A stretch of 44,850 bases of DNA. Origin: Ionaspis alba. Its lineage: Eukaryota. Shown here piece after piece: positions 34,404 through 44,850 of the stretch. The notes below the pieces were generated by a model. The model saw only the letters and a list, made by a program, of their open reading frames with translations. It ran no database searches and was not told where the DNA came from. The stretch spans positions 1 to 44,850 of the forward strand of contig CAXUUL010000053.1 of NCBI GenBank assembly GCA_964255285.1. Direction: 5' to 3'. Within the stretch, counting starts at the first letter, position 1, and each line of letters opens with the position of its first letter. Both the position numbers and the translations under genes were made by a program.

Positions 34404-36118
34404 CTATTCCCACAGCCGACTGACACAAACTGCGGTGCAAAACCACAATCCTGGAACAGCAAGATACACGGGAATGATCGAAGTAAGCATCATTATGTCC
34501 ACCCCCCTTTGGTCACCGAAGATCGATGATGGTAAAAGAAGAACTAACCACGCGAACAAGTACAAGATGTTGAGCCATAAGAGTGCGTGGAATGAGCGAG
34601 AGTCGTAGAAGGGCTGACGGTGAGAACGAAGGTGGGAAGACTTGAGATTGGTCTGCTCCTCGATGAGCAGATCACAAGGGTTGATTGAAGGAGTGGGGCA
34701 GGTGAGTAGCGTGGTCGGTGAAGGGAGTGAGGCGGGAGGCGTAACTTGCGATGAAGCGTGTCCAACTCTGTTAGAGGCTGGATTAGTGGTCCAGGGAATT
34801 AAGGAACTGTCGAGAGGCGGGACTGGTTGTTCTGACGGTCCGGGAAAAGTATCTCGCTCAAGGGCTTGATTGTACAATGCTTTCTTCATTTGTTGACGCC
34901 GGGACACAACGTCTGGGCGAGTAGTTAGCGGTTGACATCTCGGGAAGTCTGCAGAGTGTCAAAGGAACTGTGGTCTGGATGAGGGGCGAACTACCTTGAT
35001 AGATTTCGGAAATCGACATGAGCGGGAGAAGGAGCAAGAGTAGAGGCACTAGTTGTCCAAAGCCCCATTTATTCTCCATAGAAACAATATCATCGCCGAC
35101 TTTACTCCTACGATCGAAGAGCCGCCTGGATCCCCAAACGCAAAGAATCCAGACCATCAGTACTTCGATCAGGCAAGAGTCATATATCTCGAAGATAGCA
35201 AGTAGGTTAATATAGAGCGCAAGCAAGAGATTGAAAAGGGCTTTCCAAAAAGTATGTCGGATATAAGATTTCCCACAATGAGCAGCACATTTAATTTCGA
35301 GCCGGTCCAGTAGTTTTTTTAAGATGCTGCCCGGTTTCCTCTTCAACCACCAAGAGAAAAGGTTCGTCAAGGAGGGGAAGAGCCTGGCAAGCCTGCTCGT
35401 AGACAGCACTAGAAGGAGCAGTGAAAGTACCAGTCTTGACCAAGCAATTTCATTTGCCTTTTGAAACTGCCCCTGCCAATAACATTGAGCTGGGCGGCGT
35501 GAGGGGTCTCCTTCTCTGGAGGAATAGAACCATGACTCGCCGCTAGTCAAGACAATTCCGACGCAAAGCATAATGGAAAAGACGATCATTCCGATGACTC
35601 TCCAGATACGAACAGCGGCACTGGTACGAAGATAGCCACGAAGGATCGTGAGTGTGACCAGATGAGTACTCAATGACATGATGGCAAGGAAGACAACGAT
35701 GTCGAAATGGTAATGCGTAATCGTGCAGTGCTGAATGTAGCCTGCAGCCAGAATGGCAATTCCTGTCACAAGCTGCTGATCGCTCAGCATCAGAACAATC
35801 CTTTGCAGGACATCCCGCCAGATTTCGACGGAATAGTCGGGGAGCCGGTGGAGACCTCTGGTAAAGCCAATGACCTTTCCATCGAGGGCGTTCAAGGAAC
35901 TTTCAGATACAAGGCCGGCGAGATATGCAACTGTGATCGCCAAACATGTAAAGTATGCAGTGATGAGAAAAGAAATAAGAGTCTTCCGTAGCGTGTCAGC
36001 ATGTGATAGGGGGATTGTCATATAGAAGAGTGGGAAGTACTCCTAAGCCTGCTATATCTGGATCCGCAGCGTCTGCTTTGGCGGAACAATCGAGAGACTC
36101 GCCACAATCGAACAACAT
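34404..36118 (-). CDS. Fungal multi-pass membrane protein of unknown function, about 524 aa. Exons 36118-36041, 35982-34995, 34912-34404
   Basis: Spliced N-terminus reads ...ADPDIAGLG|TLISFLITA, followed by LSDQQLVTGIAIL, YHFDIVVFLA.MS.STHL.TL and ENKWGFGQLVPLLLLLLP, the recurring motifs of this widespread ascomycete family. Introns 36040-35983 and 34994-34913 (GCTAAC branch). Total 1575 nt in frame. Confidence 0.82.
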
Positions 36119-36848
36119 CGTCCAGTCTGCAGAGAAAGTCTTGACATTAGGGGAAATGAAGAACGGCCCATAGAGCTACCATCAGATGGCACATATGCGT
36201 GTGAAGACATTTCATCATAAGGTCCACAAAGCAAATTAAATGATGAGGCATAAGCACCCAGCTGTGCCGTATACTTGAAACCACATGCGCTAAAGACCTC
36301 TAACAACCTCTGACAAGCGGGTACGACACACGATAGAAGGCTATTACCTGACAACTTGATGATCATAGTGTCCCTGTTCGTTATCGAATCGGATCCATTC
36401 AATGTGCAGTCAGTCTGCACAAAGGGAACAGCAAGAAGGATATTGGATATTCAGAGCGCCGACCACTTAAGAATTGTGGTTGTCTTAGGGGGCTAAAATC
36501 GCCCCTACAAGCTTTCCGTTCTAGGTTCTTACCCATCAGCCCCTCACTGGTTTCGTTAAACAAAACTCGACTGGTTCAAGTGCAGTATCACAGTCGACTT
36601 TTGCCATTGGACACAGGTTATCCTAACAGCCAGGAAGGCAGCGGTAGAAGACTTTCAGCGTTGTTCGACGCTTTGCATAATACACGTAAAGTGGTGATTT
36701 GAAAAGGAACTCTTCTTGAAGTCAAAGCCTTGGTACATGAATATCAAAACTTGTTTCCCAAATCCAGTCACCTCCAGTACAACACGATTTAATCGGTGGC
36801 TACTCATGTGTGTGTTCTCTCCTATCTCCGCCTTTAATTCGTAGGTTT

Positions 36849-38073
36849 CTAGGGTGGAATCATCTTCACAGCCCTCATTCTCTCGAATGTTCTGAGATAC
36901 CCTTTGACAGCGCTTTTCTCCCACTGAAAGCCACTGCATCCCGAAGCACTGAGATCATAATCCCAATCGAAAGACGCAGAACCCAACACCCAAGACATCA
37001 TCCACCAAGTCGAACTCTCCAAGACTCCCTCCTGCAATCCATTCTCCTTGATCCATTCGCCCCACATATCCTTCTTCCCCATCACCCACTCCGTCCCCAA
37101 TGCCTCTCCACCAGACTCTTTCCGAGGACCCACACCCTTCAAACCAAACCATTCACAGATACCCACCCATACACCCTCCCACGTAATGGTCTCCTCATCC
37201 GCCACATTGAAGGCCTGACCATGCACCTTATTCCTATGCAACGATGCATACACATGAAACTTCGCCAGCACATCCTGGGAAGTATCGCTATGCTTCGTTT
37301 TCCACACAGTCTCATCCCCCGGAAAGACTACCTCAGCACCCTCACCCTTGACACTTCTATATATCGCCAAAAACAGCCCCAAGCACTGCGCAAACCCCAT
37401 TGCATTCCCGCGCGGTGCAAATCCCACAACGACACCTGGCCGGATTTCACAGAAACCAAACTTCTGGGTTGAGTTAGCCGCATGCTCGGCTAGGAGGTCG
37501 TATTGCGGGTAGTAGAAGATGTTAGAGGCGTAGGGCTCAGGGATTCGCGGCGCGGATTCTTTGAGCGGTGGATTGAAGGGCAAGCCGGGCTGGCCATAGA
37601 ATTCGGGTCCATAGGCTTTCGCGCCGGTTTGTAGTGTGAAAAATGCAAGCTTGGGACAGAGGGATATGGTAGCTTGTATGGTAGTGGAGAGGAGATCTAC
37701 GTTGGTAGCTTTGAGGGCTTGGAAGTCGGAGCCGTGACCGGCGTAGGCTGGGAGGAGGTGTCAGCCTATAATGGATATCCGGGGAGTATAACGCAGAGAT
37801 AGGACCTGTATAGTAGACGTGAGTGATCTTGTCAATGTCCTCGATTGCCTTGACCCTCTGAATGACGGAATCGACGTCTTTCGTGAGGTCAACTCCTGAG
37901 AGTACTTCAATGGTCTTGGTCTTGTCTTCTGTCAGGAGAAATGCCAATGCTTCGAGCGGGCGCTTAGTGATGGCGACAGTGCGATTGAATTCGCCTGACA
38001 AAACACATTCTCTGACAATCGCCCATCCCGATATTCCTGAGGCTCCGAAAACAAGCGCTTGCTTGGATACCAT
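36849..38073 (-). CDS. PRISE/SirQ-like atypical short-chain dehydrogenase/reductase, 388 aa. Exons 38073-37806 and 37747-36849
   Basis: Rossmann motif ALVFGASGISGWA plus VDL, ITHVYYTAY, LQTGAKAYG, PLKESAPRIP, NIFYYPQYD, EIRP and GQAFNVAD match the progesterone-5beta-reductase/iridoid-synthase-like (SirQ) family. A 58-nt intron (37805-37748, GTCCTA..GCTGAC..CAG) restores the frame. Confidence 0.88.
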
Positions 38074-41000
38074 TTTGCTTGTGATACCACAATCAACGCA
38101 CAAGTGTGCAGTAAAATGGTCAAGATCAAGGAGGAATCAGAAATGGTACGGTGCAGCAACCGCAAAGAATGGTGGTGCATTCGTTGTTGTAAATCAACAC
38201 TGATATCGGATGATTTATAATACAACAGGCGGGGTTTGGAGTACAATGCCAAAAACCATGATTCAACGACAGCTGGGATAAACTATCAGAGTGATGATGG
38301 CCTTAATTTACTGCTGGATCACGGCATACACGCTTCAACCTCCTATATACCTACATTGACGTTGTGGATAAGAAGATTTCGATGAGCTTAGACTTCGTAC
38401 TTCTTAGGCAGGTGACCGAGAATTCCCCAATGAGCCAAGCCCACCGAGCAGTCTCAATCAAAGCTTTTGCAAATCAGATATACGAGAGATCAATGAGACT
38501 TTTCTTGGACGATTACCCGCGCGAGGCTGCTGTATGTGGAGCCACTCTGTTGTGCTACACGCCGTGCAACGCTGTGCCTCTCAGGCGGGCACGGTCCAGG
38601 GCGAGACGTGCTTCGAAGAAGTACTGAGTCACAGTCGTCGAGGCAGCATTGATAAATCTCAATAAATGAAGACTGAAAAGACAAGTTAATGCGTGATCCC
38701 AACTCTAGGGACTGAACGCAAGTGAACGCTTAGTCTATCTAGTATAGGAGTTCCTACAACCCTAAGTCTGCTAGTTCTTGACCCGGTATATCTGGGCATT
38801 GAGTGAATCAAGACATTCGGACATGTTTGCAGATTACTAGCTCAGGAGTAATCTTTCCAATCTATACCTCATTCTCACCAATCACATTATCAGTAGTGTG
38901 GAAGGATTCCATCGTATAATACCCTCAGCTCCCGTTTCAGCTTCCAGGTCTTTGAAGCCAGCGCTCGCATCAGCAAGCTGACCCTGACGAGTTATCTAAC
39001 ATCTTCTCACCGACATCATCGTTCCCTACCCAAATCGATATCCACGCAACGTAGTCTCCAAGCGTAATTTCTCCGGGCCAATTCTTCAGTCTTCCGTGTA
39101 CCCATCCCACAAACCTCAACGCAGCTGTACTACCCATGAGCGAGCAGGGTTCTGCGGCCCGCTCATCCGCCCCGTCTTCCACCGCGTAGTCATTCATCGC
39201 GTCATTCGTGCTTATGGCTTCAGTGTCAGCCCACTGGGACATCAACGGCACCAACAAGGCCCCATAGCCGCATCTCGAGCAAAATTTCGAAATTCATGTG
39301 TCAAAGGCGTTACCACGCGTGGCCAACAGACTGCAATAGTTGTTAAATGGCGTGACACGGTCATGGCTGGCTGGGGTTAGCCATGACTGGGCATGATGAA
39401 GGGAGTATTGCTCAAAATAGAAATTCAAATGCAGCATGTGCGGATTCTGGTGGAGAATTGGACGAGGAACAGGGAACTCGTGGCACCGATGCTGCTGGAG
39501 AGAGTTCGTGGGTTGTGTCCCGTCTTGTGTGGGCTTGTACCTGGGTGGTGGACCCCTAGAGATTGAAATTTCTTCAAAAAGCAAGGAAAGGGGAAAAGAC
39601 ATCATGTGAAATGGGACATAAGCCTTTGAAATTCTCAAATGGTCTTGCTTATTGCTCGAAAGAAGTATACAGGCACATGCTAAAATCATTCAAAGAAGGT
39701 TCACATGCTTTGTATCGATCATGCCAGGAGGCTGAAAAAATGTTAATGACTACTGCCCTACGGATACTTCGCTTCGTCCAAAATGAATCAGCGGTCAGTG
39801 GGTCAAACACGGGGCAAACAAACAGCGGCAGATAAATTCGTCATGGTATTACCAGGAACATGCTTGTTTGAGGCCTCGAAAGGTGTGAGGCTTACGATAT
39901 CAATTATCTCCCGGCCAATGACGCTGCAAAAGAAGTTGTTGGGGAAGGATTCCACCATCCAAGGCCAGAGCCCAAAAGAAAACAACAGCCGGAGAACAAG
40001 ACTCATCACGGGGAAAAGCAAGAAAAGAAATTTCGGCAGCGGAGTTGTCATTGGGCGGAACTTTATTTTAGGGACGGGAAGAACGATGCAGGAGCGTTGA
40101 GATGTCAGCTGTCTGTCCAGTGCTTGCTTTTTCGTTTCTTGCTTTCGAGAAGGAGCGAGTCTTAGTGTGTTGGCGGGGTCCGCCGGAAGCTCTCCCAGAT
40201 CGATGCCGATGTTACTGGGGTTTGGGGGCATTTCGCACCATGGCGGCACTTCGGGGGAGGATTGCTTGTGGTCTGAACTACCACTGCCGCAATCGATGGA
40301 TAGGGAGATCTCCGAGATCCTGTGGTTACAATGGATTTGGGAGTTGTTATTGTTGATCTTGCTATTTCGTCAGCTCGGGCTGAAAAAGCTGTACGTAGTC
40401 GGTTTGGTGGAGGAAGAGGAAAAAAGTAGCGACCGGCCATACACAGATCGGTCAATCAATCGGAACAGAATCTAGCAATTTCTCAATCTTCTCTCCTAGG
40501 CATCATCAATTTCGTCCACACAAAAGCGAGGATCGGTTGTCTCGCCCGCCGGCCTTGCCTAAGCGCCTGCGAGAGTCACGTTATCAGGGTTAACGACCGT
40601 GGTGGCTGATCCTAGAGCCTTTTGAAGGGGGCTGGAAGACGTGGTCGGTAGTGATTGGATAGCATCTGGTCAATGACTCGTGAATCTGATCCACCCAAAA
40701 GGATCAACGATTGCTTGCTTGCTTGCCTTCTTCATTCAATGTCCCGGTATCGCTTCAAAAGAGAGTGGGAGGCCAGCAAATCAATTCCGGTCAATAAATT
40801 GATCTTTTCTCAACTTGGATATGAGGCGTGAAGATCAACCAGGCTCCTTACGCGCCTGGGCCCTAGTGTCAAAGGAACAAGGGACGACGATGATGATGGG
40901 CTGCCTGATATTCGCTACCGCAGCTCGTAAACGTATATGCGCTCGCTCGCCGCTCTCTGCCTTCCCGACTAGATCTGGCAGATTTTCCGTCCTGTCCTTG

Positions 41001-43215
41001 CCCACGCCGTCCATGGTTGACCATCTGCGCCGCTCTTCTTCAAATGGAACTGCGATCCACACCCTCCTTCTAGGGGGCCCCTGTCAGACGCAAGGAAGCG
41101 GCGCGTTAGTGAACACTCGCATATGCAACGGCGGGCCAGTGCATGCTGCAGCTGAGACTTGGCCAACTGGATAAGAAGCTTCCGTCAGCCGGCAGGCTGG
41201 GGTACGGATGGACTAGTGCTGGCTGCAGCCTTTAATGCTAGTCATCCAACATTGCATGAAAAGTGCTGGACGCTTAGATGTTTGCTGTCTGGCGCGCATA
41301 CATCGTCCGGCCTTTTAGAGTTTCCTGCACTTTTGCGAGATGGCTCCTTATGAATACCACCCAAATGAATCTGCATGGCCGAATTGGGGTGGCGTCAAGT
41401 AAGTGCGAGCTTGACTGGACGACGATTAGACGATGATGATCCATGATTTGTTGTACGATGGAGGCTTTGTCGATCGAGAATACTACACTATCAGGGCCGA
41501 TATCATTCAAAGTCGCAAATTTCATGTCGTACATAATTCCGAATGTAGAACAAGTTCATAGGGTTGCCTGTCATCTATGCGGCGCACTCAGGGAATGCCT
41601 TGACCCACCAAGGAAGATCAATCAGTGTTCGATTCTTCAGACCAATGCCGGCATCTTCGAATCTTCATTGCATCGCAGTAATTTGCCGTTTTGTTGGAAG
41701 GCAAAAACCGTTGGTCTAATACGGCTCAATTGCGATTGGTCTATCCAACTCTTGCCAGTCTCCCGATTGCCGACATTGCGCTGGAAACTCGCTCATGCAT
41801 GGCGGAATCTGGTCAAGCCGGTTCTGGTCTCTAATTTTGTTGGCTGTTTCAAAATGCAGTCTGGACGAGGTCAGGATCGTGCGGGTAGTGTTGCGCTTTG
41901 CGGTATCTGGAGTGGAGAAACTCATTGGATGCTCCAGAGCTCGCGTCGAAAATTCTAGATGCGCCAGTGACACAGGCACACACCACACCTTATGTATCGA
42001 TTTGTACAATTGGGTGGAAATGGCTGGTACGATTTCGGAGAATCTGGTCGATATTGTCGACGTCTGAAGGAGTTGGAAACAACAACCCTCAGATGCCATG
42101 TGGTATGACAATCTGTATTGGTGCGTCTTGATCTTGCATCAATCCATGCAATCTTTGTAGAATGATCGAAGTAAGACGGACTTGTAGTCGGTCACGCCAT
42201 GATATCGTACTCCTGGTCAGGTTGGCTTCATGAGAGAAAGGAACAGTGGATTGCCAAACGCGCGTTCACTATTGGAAGGGATGTGTCCCAAAGCATCGAT
42301 GCTATATGGTAGCGAGTAGGAAGTACGGTACCCTAGATCAAACCAAACAAGGAAAGATATGTAGACAATCACGACTCGTTGTCAATCTTCAACGATTGTG
42401 TCTACCACTTGGTAGCGAACATGGTTCTTCACCATAGACGCGTAATCACACACGAGGATGCTGTCATGATAATCGTTCGCAGGCATTGAAAGGAGATAGC
42501 TTCTTGGATCTAAAGCTTTACATGATATCAATTGCCACAAAGAGATGAGATAAGCAATCGGGAAATAAAGCTTTCAAAGACCGATGAGATGGAGACCGCC
42601 GAGAGAACATTCGACCTTCCGATGCGATGCAGTGTGAGGTTAATTGTGCAGCAACCGCAGTGGTAGGCTCATGCAAAGACATCCAGTTGTCGCCCTTGCA
42701 TCATGCATGAAATGTCCTCGAGGTTTTTTCTCATATCGAGATAGCTCGACGCGGCTGCAAGCCCTGTTACCGTTTCTGTTTCTGTTGTCTATGAACTAAT
42801 TGGGAACAGGAGATAGAGACAAGGAGTGGGATAGGGACGCAAATTGTTCATTGAAGGCTCAGTCTGAGACAATGGGATATCCGGCAGACCATCCGGAGCC
42901 CACGGCCTGATTTGTCTTCAGGTCTCACAGGTCGTCAGTAGTATTGCAGGATATAGAATGCTCCGTCACCTGACGCGGAGGTTATGGTTCGAGTAGGACA
43001 AGCCATTGTCATGCAACGCGATAATCATCTTCAAGCCTTGACCACAGCAACACGAGCTGAGAAAGGGAGCCTTGCGGGACATCCGTTGCCAAGTTCAACC
43101 ATGTGTGGCATTTTGTGCTTGTGATGCGCAATATTGTTCCATTGTACCATTCCATGGCATCATGGTGTCTCTCATCGACAACGATATTGTTGATGATAGG
43201 TAGATAGATGTATGG

Positions 43216-43228
43216 GTGTGTGTGTGTG
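43216..43228 (+). repeat. (GT)6 microsatellite
   Basis: gtgtgtgtgtgtg, preceded by GATA-like repeats at about 43195-43210. Confidence 0.6.
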
Positions 43229-43567
43229 GTGGGGAGATTCTGATTGCGTGAGAATCGAAGTTACACACAAACCACCAAGGCAAGTTAGTGACATTCCTGA
43301 AGGATTCGACCGAAACCTTGGATGGGCTGCCAACGCACACCTCCACCCACCCCAAAAAACGTTGTCATGTCCCATCCTATCACATCAACTCTTTCCACAC
43401 CACCAACGGGACTGAAAGCGGTCTTTGCACTTGCGAGAATCTCGGATCAGCATGCTATCTTGACCTGCCAGACTCTTGTAACATGCTCGATTGTGGGTTT
43501 CACTCGTTATCTATCTTCTCTTTGGTCCGAGTACATCGAAGGGTTGTGCCACAATTTTCACAACCAT

Positions 43568-43591
43568 CACCACCACCACCACCGCCGCCGC
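43568..43591 (+). repeat. Compound (CAC)5(CGC)3 microsatellite
   Basis: caccaccaccaccaccgccgccgc read directly from the sequence. Confidence 0.65.
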
Positions 43592-44850
43592 TGAAAATAC
43601 AACCACTGTGGCCACCTGCCCCCTCAACCACCATGACCGGTACTTTCTCTGGTTGATGTTGTGTCAACTGTCCAAATCATCCTCCGGCTCCTGTCAGCCT
43701 CTTTCCGGGCATGCTCCCTGCTAGCCTGTGGTCGGCTACCGTTCGAAAGTGTGCTTGTCTTAGCTTTCTCCATGCCACCCTTTCACTCGTCATCTACTAC
43801 CAGGATCAACTTCTTTGTCAGTTCAATGGTGTAAATGACTATCGGAGTTTCTCATCATGCCACATTCTCGCGAATATTGCTCGACTTGCTTCCTGTCCTG
43901 AGTAGATAGACAGAACGTCGCTTCCCAGTTTGTCCGTCTGTTCCAGGATTGATGCTTTCAATAATTGAATGAATAAAGTCAGATCTTCGTGGACGCAGAG
44001 TCGATCAAGGGACGGGATCGTTTGGTGTGTCGATGGCAAGCCTCAACTTTCCTGAACGAATCAAACGGGTCACTGGGTGGGAGGGGGGCGGGCTAGAAGG
44101 CGATTGCGGGTGTGCCAATCTAAGCGCATAATCAACACCAGGGAACCACCGGCGAACGAAGATGGTGGCCAAATGTGGCTCTCTTCTGCCCGACAAAGCC
44201 AAGCCAGCCAATTCGTTGGAACCCTGGTTGTCTCTGCTTTAGCTGCTGTCTCTGCCCATCCAGATTCGCGGCTACTCTTACCTTTCAGCTTGCGAAGCAG
44301 GTTAGGTGTATTGCGAGAAGATTGAGAGAACGGAGAGCAAGAAGGATTTGTCCAGTTCAGGAGTTGTTTGCGATAGACAAATTTACTGTATACCAGCTGG
44401 AATGACAGCTGACCAGATATGGTGATGGTCTCCGCGACGAGAGTCGTCCACGTTGCTCTGTGCTACTCGTGACCTGTCACTCGTGCCCATCGCCCATTGT
44501 TCTCGACAACTGTCTTTGGTGAAGAACAGAAAACAGCCGTAGTCGTCACACAACGGCGTGGATCCAATGCCCACCAGCCTCCCTCCCTTCTCCCTCAGCG
44601 GCGACTCGGGACCTAAGTCTCAAAGTCGCATCGACCACACTCCCTCCCTCGTCCTGACTGGCTCTCCTGCGACCTCAACCCGGCACTGTCTTGCCATTGG
44701 CGGGGTGGCTTCCTGTGCCAGCTGTGAGAGGGTGGGTGTTGCTGGAAAGGAAAAGGAAAAGGTGATGATGCTTGCTAACAGGGTGGGAAGTGTGGGCCCT
44801 GTCCAGCCATTCAGCTTGCCTGCCTCTGCCACTTTCCCTCCCCCCTCCCC

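Noticed and set aside
38758..38765. AACCCTAA as a telomerase RNA template
   Set aside because: A single 8-mer is expected by chance at this scale, and I saw no pseudoknot or other telomerase RNA element.
38970..40475. Several overlapping 85-150 aa ORFs on both strands
   Set aside because: No consistent strand, splice model or motif could be built.
41274..42131. 171-aa and 131-aa ORFs
   Set aside because: They overlap on opposite strands with no recognisable family or coding bias.
1..44850. tRNA, rRNA, TPP riboswitch, CRISPR or prokaryotic defence systems
   Set aside because: GGTTCGA and CTGAGA hits lack the surrounding structure, no repeat-spacer array was seen, and the DNA is intron-containing fungal sequence.

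Overview
Eukaryotic DNA from a filamentous ascomycete (Pezizomycotina), judged by short GT-AG introns with CTRAY-type branch points and by gene content. The left edge (1-716) is AT-rich repeat DNA. It includes a complete 469-bp non-autonomous TIR element with 40-bp TIRs and an 8-bp TSD (hAT-like MITE) sitting 139 bp upstream of a gene. From 0.8 to 22 kb is a compact block of RNA/translation housekeeping genes: Prp2/Cdc28-type DEAH helicase, RPL19, GCN1, a DHX29-like DEAH helicase and mitochondrial serine hydroxymethyltransferase. From 22 to 38 kb are accessory or uncharacterised genes: fungal hypotheticals, a cupin, an ankyrin-repeat protein, a Ccg-6/Mmc-type GPI cell-wall protein, a multi-pass membrane protein and a PRISE/SirQ-like reductase. 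In 38.1-44.85 kb I found no gene I can support. Exon structures were derived by hand, and family assignments rest on motif recognition, not database searches. I found no convincing new multi-gene system. The best leads are the MITE carrying triple TGACTC motifs in a promoter, a required GAG-acceptor intron, and a few orphan ORFs.
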